Assembly: GCA_041941795.1 (NCBI GenBank)
Contig: CP145872.1
Coordinates: forward strand, 60,001 to 92,000
DNA length: 32,000 nt
Reading direction: 5' to 3'
DNA from: Candidatus Saccharimonadota bacterium
Lineage (GTDB): Bacteria > Pseudomonadota > Gammaproteobacteria > Enterobacterales > Enterobacteriaceae
Each line of letters begins with the position of its first letter. Position 1 is the first letter of the stretch. Shown piece by piece: positions 9,312 to 19,091 of the stretch. The notes beneath the pieces are model-generated. The model searched no databases and was not told the origin of the DNA. It saw nothing but the letters and a program-made list of their open reading frames with translations. Made by a program: the position numbers and the translations under genes.

Positions 9312-11912
9312 TTAGGATAATATTAGATTAATTAGTTTACCAGGTACATAAAACACTCGTCGTATTGTGAGACCTTTGAGATATTTAGAGATCTGTTGGT
9401 CGCGGATAGCTTGTTGGTGTATTTGTTTTTCGTTAAAGTGATTCGGGATAATAAGTCTTCCACGGACTTTTCCGTTTACTTGGACGACGATTAACCAAGT
9501 ATTTTCTTTGAGTGCTTCTTTATCTACTTGTGGCCACTCCGCGGCGTGATCTATATCGATATTTTTTCTAAAGTTATGAAGAGCTTGCCATAATACAAAG
9601 CAAATATGTGGTGTAAAAGGATATAACATTCTTATAACAGCTAGAAGGGACTCCTGCATTAAAGATCGATCTTGTGAGTATTCGGAAGAGAATTTAGACA
9701 GATGGTTAAGAAATTTCATAATAGCCGCAATAGCGGTATTGTAAGTCTGTCGACGATCAATATCGTCAGTAACTTTAGCAATAGTTTGATGTAATTTTCG
9801 TCGCAACGACGACTGCACTTCATTAAGTGGAGTTGACTGATCTAGCAAATCTATTTGGCCCTTTTGAGTATGTTGATAAACTAAATACCACAATCGTTTC
9901 AAAAAACGACGACAACCTTCTATGCCGGAATTACTCCAATGGAGTGGCAGTTCGGCCGGAGCAGCAAACATTATGAATAACCGTATCGTATCTGCCCCGT
10001 ATTTTTCAATCATTATATGGGGGTCAATACCATTATTTTTAGATTTAGACATTTTGCTAATACCAGCATAAACTAACTCCCGTCCACCACGATCTTGAGC
10101 TTTTATAATTCGACCTTTTTCATCTCGCTTACTGGTAACATGGAGAGGATCAATCCAGACTCGCTCCTGATTGTTACCAAGATAATAAAAAGTGTCTGTC
10201 AACACCATTCCCTGGCATAATAATCGTTTGGCTGGTTCGTCAGTCTGAACTAATCCTGCATCGCGTAGTAACTTATGATAGAATCGAAAATACATTAAGT
10301 GTAGAATAGCATGTTCAATCCCCCCAATATATTGATCTATGGGCAACCAGTAATTGGCTGCAGAGGGATCTAAAATACCTTTTTTATAGTGCGGACAGGT
10401 ATAGCGTGCATAATACCATGAAGATTCGATGAATGTATCAAAAGTATCTGTTTCTCGAATAGCTCTGGTCCCCTGGACTAAAGTTTGTCCCCAATTATCA
10501 TTATTCTTAATTGGACTGTTAATACCATCCAAAATGACATTTTCGGGAAGTATAACAGGAAGTTGATTTTCCGGCACGGGAATAATTGAGCCATCTTCCA
10601 GTGTTAGCATGGGAATAGGTGCACCCCAATAACGTTGACGAGATACTCCCCAATCCCGAAGGCGATAGTGCACTGCCCGTTTACCTGCGCCTTTATTTAT
10701 CAGGGTGGTAATAATTAGATTACTACCTACTTCATTGGATAAACCACTGAATTCTCCCGAATTAAATAATGTTCCTCTTTTCGTCATAGCACGTCTACTC
10801 ACATCGGGTGGAGTGCCATCTGCAGCTAAGAGGACGGATTTAATTGGTAAATGATATTTATTCGCAAACTCCCAGTCTCGATGGTCGTGAGCAGGTACTA
10901 TCATCACTCCACCGGTACCATATTCTAAACTGATAAAGTTTACTACCCAAATAGGCAATTTTTCCCTAGTTAAGGGATGAATGGCCCAAAGTTCGGTAGA
11001 CATTCCTAATATTGGTTCCGAGTGATATCTTTCGTTTTGGGGATATTTTACACATCCATACTTACAGATGAAATTACACAGAGAAGAATTTATCACCGCC
11101 GATTCAACCGCGAGAGGATGCTCTAGTGCAATTGCTAGACAACTTATCCCCATGATAGTATCTGGTCGTGTAGTATATATTGTTATCTTCTTTTCATATC
11201 CTACCAGTGGAAAAGTTATTTCTACTCCCTCAGAACGACCAATCCAATTACGTTGCATATTTTTCACCTGATCCGGCCAAAAGTCTAGATGGTCTAATCC
11301 ATGAAGTAATTCTTCTGCATAAGAAGTGATCCTTATAAACCACTGCGGTACTTTACGTAGTGCTACTCGCGTATCACAACGCCAACAGCAGCCATCTATT
11401 ACTTGTTCATTGGCCAATACAGTTTGATCATTGGGACACCAATTAACAAAAGATAATTTTTTATATACTAAACCTTTGTCATATAATTGAGTGAAAAACC
11501 ATTGTTCCCACCGATAATATTCGGGATTACAGGTCACCAATTCCCTACTCCAGTCATAACTAAATCCCAATAATTTAAGCTGTTTTTTCATATAATTGAT
11601 ATTACTATATGTCCAAGATGCAGGAACAGTATTATGGTTTATAGCTGCGGTTTCGGCTGGCAAACCAAAGGCATCCCATCCCATAGGATGTAACACATTT
11701 TTACCTTTCATTCGCTGGTATCGAGCAATTACATCGCCAATAGTATAATTACGCACATGCCCCATATGTAAATGGCCCGAAGGATAGGGAGGCATTGATA
11801 AACAATAAAATTTTTCTTTTCCTTCTTCTTCCTGCACCTGAAAAGTCTTATTTTTTTCCCAAAAAAGCTGCACGTAGGGTTCTATCTCTTCCGGACAATA
11901 TTTATTTTGCAT
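9312..11912 (-). CDS. leuS: Leucine--tRNA ligase
   Basis: 866 aa versus 860 aa in E. coli. The HIGH-type motif ([11 protein letters not shown]) and the KMSKS motif are present. Confidence 0.97.
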   Translation of the reverse strand: MQNKYCPEEIEPYVQLFWEKNKTFQVQEEEGKEKFYCLSMPPYPSGHLHMGHVRNYTIGDVIARYQRMKGKNVLHPMGWDAFGLPAETAAINHNTVPASWTYSNINYMKKQLKLLGFSYDWSRELVTCNPEYYRWEQWFFTQLYDKGLVYKKLSFVNWCPNDQTVLANEQVIDGCCWRCDTRVALRKVPQWFIRITSYAEELLHGLDHLDFWPDQVKNMQRNWIGRSEGVEITFPLVGYEKKITIYTTRPDTIMGISCLAIALEHPLAVESAVINSSLCNFICKYGCVKYPQNERYHSEPILGMSTELWAIHPLTREKLPIWVVNFISLEYGTGGVMIVPAHDHRDWEFANKYHLPIKSVLLAADGTPPDVSRRAMTKRGTLFNSGEFSGLSNEVGSNLIITTLINKGAGKRAVHYRLRDWGVSRQRYWGAPIPMLTLEDGSIIPVPENQLPVILPENVILDGINSPIKNNDNWGQTLVQGTRAIRETDTFDTFIESSWYYARYTCPHYKKGILDPSAANYWLPIDQYIGGIEHAILHLMYFRFYHKLLRDAGLVQTDEPAKRLLCQGMVLTDTFYYLGNNQERVWIDPLHVTSKRDEKGRIIKAQDRGGRELVYAGISKMSKSKNNGIDPHIMIEKYGADTIRLFIMFAAPAELPLHWSNSGIEGCRRFLKRLWYLVYQHTQKGQIDLLDQSTPLNEVQSSLRRKLHQTIAKVTDDIDRRQTYNTAIAAIMKFLNHLSKFSSEYSQDRSLMQESLLAVIRMLYPFTPHICFVLWQALHNFRKNIDIDHAAEWPQVDKEALKENTWLIVVQVNGKVRGRLIIPNHFNEKQIHQQAIRDQQISKYLKGLTIRRVFYVPGKLINLILS

Positions 11913-11998
11913 CTAGCTTCTATTACCTTGCTTTGTAAAAAAACAACCTAGATATTTCGGCGGTTTTAAAAAATTTTCTTCAATCTTATTGAAGAGGA

Positions 11999-12472
11999 TT
12001 ATATTTCTTTATAAGGATCGGAATAGCCAAGATTCCTCATAATTTGGGTTTCTATTACTTCCATATTTTTGGCGTTCTCGAGTGTAATATGATCATAACC
12101 TAATAAGTGTAGACTGCCATGAATTACCATATGAGCCCAATGTTCTCTCAATATTTTTTGCTGTTCTTGAGCTTCTTTTTCTACAATAGAACCACAAATA
12201 ACCAAATCTCCTAGGAAGGAGCTCTTTAAATAATTAATACTAGGGCGCTCAAATTGAAATGATAATATATTCGTTGCTATATTTTTGCGCCGATAACGCA
12301 AATTAAGAGCTTTACTTTCATCAGTATCTACTATACGAATAGTCACTTCCTGAGATTTTTGAAATTTCAAAAAAAATAGAACAGCCTCTACCCATCTCGA
12401 AAAATGATCCGCTGTAGGTAACTGGACACGTTCCTGGCAGACAATTTGCAGATTTAAAATAATTCTTTTCAT
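11999..12472 (-). CDS. ybeY: Endoribonuclease YbeY (16S rRNA maturation)
   Basis: 157 aa with the metal-site motif [11 protein letters not shown]. Collinear with E. coli YbeY. Confidence 0.93.
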   Translation of the reverse strand: MKRIILNLQIVCQERVQLPTADHFSRWVEAVLFFLKFQKSQEVTIRIVDTDESKALNLRYRRKNIATNILSFQFERPSINYLKSSFLGDLVICGSIVEKEAQEQQKILREHWAHMVIHGSLHLLGYDHITLENAKNMEVIETQIMRNLGYSDPYKEI

Positions 12473-12498
12473 TAATTATAATTATATTGCTCTCACTT

Positions 12499-13833
12499 TT
12501 ATTGATCTATAATTTTTCCCCGGAGAGAATTGGGACAAACTTCTACTATTTCTACATCAATAAAATTACCTATTAGATCTACTTTGCTTGCAAAGTTTAC
12601 CACTCGATTATTATCAGTACGACCGGAAAGTTCTGTAATATTTTTCCGGGAACGTCCTTCAACTAGCACTCTTTGTACACTACCTAGCATACGTCGACTC
12701 CAAGATAGGGTCTGTTGCTTAAGCAGTGCTTGGATGCGATATAAACGATCTTTTTTTTCTTTTTCACTAATATAATTAGTCATGGTAGCCGCTTTAGTTC
12801 CAGGTCTGGATGAATATATAAAACTAAAACTCATATCAAAATTTATTTCTGATATAAATTGGAGTGTTTGATCGAAATCTTCTGAAGTCTCGCTGGGAAA
12901 ACCAACAATAAAATCTGAACTGACATGGATATTAGGACGTACAGACCGTAATTTATGGATAATTTTCCTATACTTATTGATCGTATATCCTCGTTGCATG
13001 ATCTTTAAGATTCTATCGGAACCACTTTGTACTGGAAGATGGAGAAAATTCGAGATTTTTGGTTGATCACGATAAACTTCAATTATATCCTCGGTAAAAT
13101 GTCGGGGGTGATTAGTAGTAAAGCGGATCCGATCAATACCCTTAACTAAAGCTATTCTACGGAGAAGATCGGAAAAGTGGCAAACTTCATTTCTGGACGT
13201 TAATCCCCGATATGCATTAACATTCTGTCCTAATAGGTTAATATCATGGACGCCTTGATTAGCTAAAAAGATAATTTCTGACAAAATATCATCACAGCCA
13301 CGACTAATTTCTTTTCCCCTGGTATAAGGAACCACACAGTAAGTACAAGATTTATTACAACCTTCCATTATGGAAACCAGAGCAGTTGGGTTTTTACTTC
13401 CCGCATCTTTCATGATTCGAGGTAAGAAATTAAACTTTTCTTCCGGAAAACTGACATCTATAATATGCTGTCGTTTTTTTATCACACTCTTAATCATCTC
13501 TGGCAAACGATGAATAGTTTGGGGACCAAAGACAATATCCACATAATTAGCACGATGAAAAATTTTTTCTCCTTCCTGTGAAGCTACACATCCTCCTACT
13601 CCAATTATTATCTGGGAATTTTTCTCTTTTAGTACTTTCCATCGTCCCAATTGATGAAAGACTTTCTCTTGGGGTTTTTCACGGATTGAGCATGTATTAA
13701 GTACTAAAATATCAGCCTCTTCATAGAGATGAGTAAGTAAATAACCATAGCTGTTAAGCATAGTGGCCATTTTAGACGAATCATACTCATTCATCTGACA
13801 GCCCCAAGTTTTTATATATAATTTTTTTTTCAT
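12499..13833 (-). CDS. miaB: tRNA-2-methylthio-N6-dimethylallyladenosine synthase
   Basis: N-terminus [23 protein letters not shown] matches E. coli [23 protein letters not shown]. Radical-SAM motif CNKSCTYC is present. It lacks about 30 C-terminal residues relative to E. coli. Confidence 0.95.
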   Translation of the reverse strand: MKKKLYIKTWGCQMNEYDSSKMATMLNSYGYLLTHLYEEADILVLNTCSIREKPQEKVFHQLGRWKVLKEKNSQIIIGVGGCVASQEGEKIFHRANYVDIVFGPQTIHRLPEMIKSVIKKRQHIIDVSFPEEKFNFLPRIMKDAGSKNPTALVSIMEGCNKSCTYCVVPYTRGKEISRGCDDILSEIIFLANQGVHDINLLGQNVNAYRGLTSRNEVCHFSDLLRRIALVKGIDRIRFTTNHPRHFTEDIIEVYRDQPKISNFLHLPVQSGSDRILKIMQRGYTINKYRKIIHKLRSVRPNIHVSSDFIVGFPSETSEDFDQTLQFISEINFDMSFSFIYSSRPGTKAATMTNYISEKEKKDRLYRIQALLKQQTLSWSRRMLGSVQRVLVEGRSRKNITELSGRTDNNRVVNFASKVDLIGNFIDVEIVEVCPNSLRGKIIDQ

Positions 13834-13883
13834 CTCAGTAAAATTAGTTCAATATAGTTTCCAAAGTTTAGAATAATACTATA

Positions 13884-13955
13884 TTGGGGTACTAGGATTC
13901 GAACCTAGGAATGCCGAAATCAGAATCCGGTGCCTTACCGCTTGGCTATACCCCA
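13884..13955 (-). tRNA. tRNA-Gln (anticodon CUG)
   Basis: The reverse complement TGGGGTATAGCCAAGCGGTAAGGCACCGGATTCTGATTTCGGCATTCCTAGGTTCGAATCCTAGTACCCCAA resembles E. coli tRNA-Gln2. No CCA is encoded. Confidence 0.9.
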
Positions 13956-13959
13956 TTAA

Positions 13960-14031
13960 CTGGGGTACTAGGATTCGAACCTAGGAATGCCGGGATCAAA
14001 ACCCGGTGCCTTACCACTTGGCTATACCCCA
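13960..14031 (-). tRNA. tRNA-Gln (anticodon UUG)
   Basis: Tandem near-copy of the previous gene. Anticodon arm is CCGGG-TTTTGAT-CCCGG. No CCA is encoded. Confidence 0.9.
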
Positions 14032-14039
14032 TTTTTTAA

Positions 14040-14122
14040 TGGTGCGGAAGGCGAGAGTTGAACTCGCACACCTGAGTACCAGAACCTAAATCTGGTGCGT
14101 CTACCTATTCCGCCACTTCCGC
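14040..14122 (-). tRNA. leuW: tRNA-Leu (anticodon UAG), CCA encoded
   Basis: The reverse complement GCGGAAGTGGCGGAATAGGTAGACGCACCAGATTTAGGTTCTGG...CTTCCGCACCA closely matches E. coli leuW, with a long variable arm. Confidence 0.9.
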
Positions 14123-14149
14123 CCAAATTAGTACATTCTTATTTTATTG

Positions 14150-14223
14150 TGGCTACGACGGGACTCGAACCTGTGACCCCAGCATTATGAGTGCTGTGCT
14201 CTATCCAGCTGAGCTACGTAGCC
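14150..14223 (-). tRNA. metT: Elongator tRNA-Met (anticodon CAU)
   Basis: The reverse complement GGCTACGTAGCTCAGCTGGATAGAGCACAGCACTCATAATGCTGGGGTCACAGGTTCGAGTCCCGTCGTAGCCA is highly similar to E. coli metT. The 3' flank reads ACA, so CCA is not fully encoded. Confidence 0.9.
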
Positions 14224-14240
14224 ATTTATTATTTACAATA

Positions 14241-14270
14241 AGTATGCGTAAATCATCATCTTCGCGTCAA
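14241..14270 (-). promoter_or_regulatory. Putative promoter of the Met-Leu-Gln-Gln tRNA operon
   Basis: On the minus strand, TTGACG (14270-14265), an 18-nt spacer, then CATACT (14246-14241), about 15-20 nt upstream of the tRNA-Met 5' end. Motif match only. Confidence 0.3.
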
Positions 14271-14441
14271 TAATAATTTGACTCATATTTTTGATCTTCG
14301 GTAATTATTACTACCAAGATGATTACATCCCGATTAATTTTAAGTTTTAAATGAAAAGTTCACTAAATATTATTTATTTATTTAGAATATCAAAATATAA
14401 TTAAATTACTCGCATGAATATATATCTTTTCTATTGAGACC

Positions 14442-16118
14442 ATGAATAAAAAATCAGAATATTCTTCTCCCACTAATTTTATTAGACAAATAATTGATAA
14501 AGACTTATCTCAGGGTAAATATAATATAGTACATACCAGATTTCCTCCGGAACCTAATGGACCTTTACATATTGGACATGCGAAAGCTATTTGCCTGAAC
14601 TTTGGAATAGCACAAGATTATCAAGGACAATGTAATCTTCGCTTAGATGATACTAATCCTACACAAGAAAATCAAGAATATGTAGAATCAATTAAGTATG
14701 ATGTGCAGTGGATGGGATATCAGTGGAATGGGGAAGTACGATTTGCCTCCAATTATTTCGAGCAATTATATAATTTTGCCATTGAACTAATTGAACAACA
14801 TTTAGCTTACGTTGATGAATTAACTACCGAGACAATTCGAGAGTATCGTGGCACTCTGACTATCCCGGGAAAGAATAGTCCTTATCGAAATCGCAGTGTA
14901 AAGGAAAATCTACGGTTATTTAAAAAAATGCGCGCGGGGGATTTCTCGGAAGGAGCTGCATGTCTACGCGCAAAAATAGATATGGCTTCTAGTTATATGG
15001 TCATGCGAGATCCTATTCTCTATCGAATTAAGTATGTAGCACACCATCAGACAGGAAAAAAATGGTGTATCTATCCCATGTATGATTTTACCCATTGTAT
15101 TTCAGATGCGATGGAGGGAATTACCCATTCACTATGTACCCTGGAATTCCAAGACAACAGGCGATTGTATGACTGGATATTAGATCATCTTACTATTTCT
15201 ACTCATCCGCGACAATACGAATTTTCTCGATTAAATTTAGAGTATGCGGTAATGTCGAAGCGAAAGCTAAATATGCTGCTCTTAAAAGAGATAGTTAAAG
15301 AGTGGGATGATCCTCGGATGTTAACCATTGCTGGATTACGCAGGAGAGGATATACGGCCAGTGCAATTCGGGAATTTTGTCGCAGAATCGGAGTGACTAA
15401 ACAGAAAAGTATGGTGGAAATGTCTGTTTTAGAAGCATGTATACGTAAAGAATTGAATGAAAAATCCCCTCGGGCGATGGCCGTGTTAAACCCCTTAAGA
15501 GTAGTATTAGAGAATCTACCTCCTTCTTATACCGAAATATTAAGGATGAGAAATCATCCTACGAATAACCTTGGTACTAGACTGGTTCCTTTTAGTCGGG
15601 AAATCTATATTGAGCGGGATGATTTTTGTGAGGTAATTAATAATCCTCAATATAAAAGATTGGTTCTAGGAAGAAAAGTTAGACTCAGAAATGCTTATGT
15701 CATTAAAGCAGAACGTGTTCTGAAGGATAAAAATAATAATATTATCTGTCTTTACTGCAGCTGCGATCATGAGAAAACTTTTTTTCAGGACAATAAACCG
15801 GCCACATTAGGAATAATTCATTGGGTATCCGTCAAGCATGCTTTACCTGCCCAATTCAGAATTTATGATTATTTATTTAATATTTCTAATCCTGATGATG
15901 CTAGAGATGATAATTTTTTAGCTCACATCAATCCCCATTCTTTCCGGAGATGTCAAGGATTTGTTGAGCCTAGCGTCGTTAAGAATACGAATGCTAATAC
16001 TCACTATCAGTTCGAACGAATAGGTTACTTTTGTGTTGATAGCAATGATTCTTCTGCCACTAATCTAGTCTTTAACCTTACGGTGGAATTAAGAGATCAG
16101 GGGAAAAAATACCACTAA
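14442..16118 (+). CDS. glnS: Glutamine--tRNA ligase
   Basis: 558 aa versus 554 aa in E. coli. HIGH motif ([13 protein letters not shown]) and VMSKR (KMSKS-type) are present. Confidence 0.97.
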   Translation: MNKKSEYSSPTNFIRQIIDKDLSQGKYNIVHTRFPPEPNGPLHIGHAKAICLNFGIAQDYQGQCNLRLDDTNPTQENQEYVESIKYDVQWMGYQWNGEVRFASNYFEQLYNFAIELIEQHLAYVDELTTETIREYRGTLTIPGKNSPYRNRSVKENLRLFKKMRAGDFSEGAACLRAKIDMASSYMVMRDPILYRIKYVAHHQTGKKWCIYPMYDFTHCISDAMEGITHSLCTLEFQDNRRLYDWILDHLTISTHPRQYEFSRLNLEYAVMSKRKLNMLLLKEIVKEWDDPRMLTIAGLRRRGYTASAIREFCRRIGVTKQKSMVEMSVLEACIRKELNEKSPRAMAVLNPLRVVLENLPPSYTEILRMRNHPTNNLGTRLVPFSREIYIERDDFCEVINNPQYKRLVLGRKVRLRNAYVIKAERVLKDKNNNIICLYCSCDHEKTFFQDNKPATLGIIHWVSVKHALPAQFRIYDYLFNISNPDDARDDNFLAHINPHSFRRCQGFVEPSVVKNTNANTHYQFERIGYFCVDSNDSSATNLVFNLTVELRDQGKKYH

Positions 16119-16168
16119 TAACGTACTACACCGGACGTAGGAGAGGATCTCCCGCATTATATTTCTCT

Positions 16169-16717
16169 TTATAGGAATGATGATGAAAGAGAATAAGGAA
16201 TTTCCCCACAAACTTGAATAATCCATCTTTCCACGCGGTCATTAGTTAACTCTGGTTGCCGATCTTCATCGATAGTCAGACCAATAAAATATTGATTATT
16301 TACTAAACTTTTAGAACTATCAAAACAATATCCTCTGGTGGACCATTTCCCCACCATTTTTGCCCCTTGAGGCTGGATTATATCTCGTAAGGTACCCATA
16401 GCGTCACAGAAATATTCTGAATAGTCTCCTTGATCTCCACACCCAAAGATTCCCACATATTTTTTGCTCCAATCTATCTGTGTTAAGGTAGGAAAAAAAT
16501 CCTCCCAATCGCATTGGGGTTCACCATAATACCACGTAGGTATACCTAATAACAAGAGGGAAAATTTCTCTAAATCTTCTGCCTTACTTTTAGCAATATC
16601 ATTCACTTCAGCAGGGCAGTGGGCACCTAAAGTTTTTTTAATAATATTAGCTACCTTCTCAGTATTACCAGTATCACTTCCAAAAAAAATTCCTAGTTGG
16701 TTGACATCTTTATTCAT
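16169..16717 (-). CDS. fldA: Flavodoxin 1
   Basis: GIFFGSDTGNTE, LLLGIPTWYYGE, FGCGDQ and IDEDRQPELT all match E. coli FldA. Confidence 0.95.
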   Translation of the reverse strand: MNKDVNQLGIFFGSDTGNTEKVANIIKKTLGAHCPAEVNDIAKSKAEDLEKFSLLLLGIPTWYYGEPQCDWEDFFPTLTQIDWSKKYVGIFGCGDQGDYSEYFCDAMGTLRDIIQPQGAKMVGKWSTRGYCFDSSKSLVNNQYFIGLTIDEDRQPELTNDRVERWIIQVCGEIPYSLSSSFL

Positions 16718-17213
16718 AAAATTTTTTCCACCTTTTTATTTATATTATGAAACAATATCTTTGAATACCAGAGCAAAAATAAATAGCTTTATTATATTAT
16801 GATTTTTCTCATGAAAAAAGGGGAAAAGATTATTCAACGCCTGAAGAATTAGCCATTTAATAGTTAAAAATTATAGATGATAGCTGTCGCTGTTCGTAGT
16901 TCTTACATAATTTCTTTCATCCATTAAATAAGTAAATCATTATTCTTGGAACAGTTGTTTGGTGATGGCATCATTTAGCGTTCATCCTATCTTGGCGCAT
17001 TCCTCCTACCGGTCAGTAATTTTATCAGTACTAGGAGATAAGAATATTCTGCAATTTTTAGGGCCCGGAGCATTAATATTTTTCAGTTTTGTTCATCATC
17101 TAACATCTTTATACAAAGAAGTTATACTACAAGTAGTTGAATCTCAATAATTAGATGCTGCAGATCCACGATCAATCTAGTCTTTCGTAGCCATTACATG
17201 TAAATTCATTTAC

Positions 17214-17243
17214 TTGACACAAGTTAAATATCCGAGATAGTAT
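17214..17243 (+). promoter_or_regulatory. Putative ybgI promoter
   Basis: Consensus TTGACA (17214-17219), an 18-nt spacer, then TAGTAT (17238-17243), about 85 nt upstream of the ybgI ATG. Motif match only. Confidence 0.25.
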
Positions 17244-17328
17244 TCTAAATGATAAATATTGAACATATTGAACTGCAGATCTCTCTGAATCAAGCGTTAA
17301 TATCAATCCAGGAGAATGAATTTTATTC

Positions 17329-18072
17329 ATGCACAATACCGAATTAGAACAGTTAATTAATCAACTACTTAGAAGTAGTTCTTTTCGCGATTATGTTCCT
17401 AATGGTTTGCAGGTGACCGGGAGAGACCAGATCTTCAATATTGTTAGTGGCGTTACCGCATGTCAAGCATTGCTCGAAGAGGCTGTTAAGCACCGGGCCG
17501 ATGCTGTCATAGTACATCATGGTTATTTTTGGAATAATGAATCTTTAGTAATTAAAGGAATAAAACGCAATCGTCTAAAGACTATTTTAGTAAATGATAT
17601 TAATTTATATTGCTGGCATTTACCGCTGGATGCTCATCCCAAATTGGGGAATAATGCTCAGTTGGCAAAGTTATTAGGGATAATAGTACAAGGAGAAATA
17701 GTTCCTTTACTGTGGTGGGGTAAATTTCAAGATCCTTTAACTAGTGAAGGACTAAACCAACTGTTATCCACTAAATTAGGTCGAGTTCCATTACATTGTG
17801 GGGACAATGCCCCCCATTTTATTACCCGAATTGCTTGGTCGACGGGAGCGGGACAAGATTTGATTGAACAGGCAGGTAATTTTGGGGTTGACGCATTTAT
17901 TACGGGAGAAGTGTCCGAACAAACCATTCATATCGCCCGTGAAAATGGAATACATTTTTTTGCTGCTGGTCACCATGCTACCGAACGTGGAGGAATAAAG
18001 GCTTTAAGTAAATGGTTAGAAAATAATTATGCTCTTAGGGTCATGTTTATTGACATTGAAAATCCCGCCTAA
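17329..18072 (+). CDS. ybgI: Nif3-family metal-binding protein (GTP cyclohydrolase 1 type 2 homolog)
   Basis: 247 aa, the same length as E. coli YbgI. NIF3-type motifs VHHGxFW, HLPLDAH and GHHATE are present. Confidence 0.9.
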   Translation: MHNTELEQLINQLLRSSSFRDYVPNGLQVTGRDQIFNIVSGVTACQALLEEAVKHRADAVIVHHGYFWNNESLVIKGIKRNRLKTILVNDINLYCWHLPLDAHPKLGNNAQLAKLLGIIVQGEIVPLLWWGKFQDPLTSEGLNQLLSTKLGRVPLHCGDNAPHFITRIAWSTGAGQDLIEQAGNFGVDAFITGEVSEQTIHIARENGIHFFAAGHHATERGGIKALSKWLENNYALRVMFIDIENPA

Positions 18073-18074
18073 AA

Positions 18075-18686
18075 CTATTTAGAATTATGAGAATACTGAT
18101 TCAGTAATTGGTAGACAATAGGGTCACTAACACATTTCCCTCCCCCACATTCTAGTACTGTAGATAAAAAATTGCCCACGATTAAGAACGCAAATACTAT
18201 AATAGCGATTTTTTCCCACCTTGTTAATAAATTTAAGGTCCTAAGTTTTCTACTCTCTTCCCAATTATGTCCTAATAACATAAAAGCAATAGTAATAATA
18301 GTTAAAAAAGAGCTCAAAACAGCTAAACTATAAAAATGAACCCCAAAAATTGAACTTCCGTATCCAGGATTGCCAGGAATAATATGTAAAAACACTTGTC
18401 GGGTGGCAATCAGAATGGTAATAACACACCCTAATAACGCTACTCCATAATGACTAGGTCTAATCCCAAAGCGCACATTTAGAAAAAAACCTATACTTAT
18501 AAGAATAATACCAACCCGTTGCAGCAAACAGATGGGACACGGTAGTTCGTGACGTGCGAATTGATAACCGAATGCAATGATTAGTATAACATTATTGCCC
18601 CATAATAGGAGTAAATTCCAAATCTTACTAATTCTAGAAGATAATGGCTCATTGCTAGGATAAAAAGAAAAAATACTGGGGACCAT
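18075..18686 (-). CDS. DsbB-family-like membrane thiol-disulfide oxidoreductase, atypical
   Basis: 203 aa with about 5 predicted TM segments. AGAGGA lies 9 nt before the ATG. The DsbB signature LPCPICLLQR sits between TM1 and TM2 (compare E. coli KPCVLCIYER), followed by RQVFLH (compare RGVQLTYEH). The canonical second loop Cys pair is absent; a C-terminal ECGGGKC takes its place. Confidence applies to the function; being a real CDS is more likely. Confidence 0.55.
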   Translation of the reverse strand: MVPSIFSFYPSNEPLSSRISKIWNLLLLWGNNVILIIAFGYQFARHELPCPICLLQRVGIILISIGFFLNVRFGIRPSHYGVALLGCVITILIATRQVFLHIIPGNPGYGSSIFGVHFYSLAVLSSFLTIITIAFMLLGHNWEESRKLRTLNLLTRWEKIAIIVFAFLIVGNFLSTVLECGGGKCVSDPIVYQLLNQYSHNSK

Positions 18687-18771
18687 TGCATTCTATCCTC
18701 TGGTAATATGGCTTAGAATGATAAATTTAATGGTTGATCGGCATGATTCTTGAATAAAACAAGAGTAACTA

Positions 18772-18864
18772 TTAATAATAATGCCCATAATAAATATCCT
18801 GTTTTTTTTTTTCTAACAAAAAACTAATAATAGTCATAAATGCTATTAAAAATGTCAGATACAT
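18772..18864 (-). CDS. Candidate small membrane ORF (30 aa as encoded) interrupted at an A11 tract
   Basis: GAGG lies 7 nt upstream of ATG 18864. Translation is MYLTFLIAFMTIISFLLEKKKQDIYYGHYY*. A +1/-2 shift within the A11 run (18802-18812) opens a frame that continues to TAA at 18715-18713 and encodes a second hydrophobic helix. Confidence 0.25.
   Translation of the reverse strand: MYLTFLIAFMTIISFLLEKKKQDIYYGHYY
18802..18812. repeat. T11/A11 homopolymer, the longest I noticed on a by-eye scan
   Basis: Read directly; counted as g + 11 t + c. Confidence 0.9.
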
Positions 18865-18943
18865 AACATTACCTCTTTTTTATGTAGTGATCATACTTTC
18901 TGTGTTCCAAGAAAAAATAATACGAAAATATATTATAAGATAA

Positions 18944-18972
18944 TTGTCATGATAATGCGATAGTTTTATACT
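18944..18972 (+). promoter_or_regulatory. Putative sdhC promoter
   Basis: TTGTCA (18944-18949), a 17-nt spacer, then TATACT (18967-18972), about 120 nt upstream of the sdhC GTG. Motif match only. Confidence 0.3.
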
Positions 18973-19091
18973 TGGACCATAATATACAAAATAATACTAA
19001 GTGAAAGAAGGGTACGTTATATTCAAGTCACCCCCATTCGCTAATATTTTTTAATATAAAACCAATTTGATCTTTATGGGTAATTAATAGT

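Noticed and set aside
11068-12775. Plus-strand ORFs 11068-11271 and 12530-12775.
   Set aside because: They are antisense within leuS and miaB respectively, with no independent support.
13822-13830. An A9 run (minus strand) immediately after the miaB start codon as a possible slippage or frameshift site.
   Set aside because: It is in frame (MKKKLYIK, matching E. coli MTKKLHIK) and the gene is intact, so there is no evidence of disruption.
16959-17150. The 63-aa ORF in the fldA-ybgI gap.
   Set aside because: It has a TTG start, no SD and no similarity I recognise (I checked YbfF and SeqA by eye). It remains only part of the unexplained-spacer finding.
18687-18864. A gltA remnant in the sdhC upstream region.
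   Set aside because: Translations of the minus strand show no resemblance to the citrate synthase N-terminus. The only organised signal is the small SD-led ORF reported separately.
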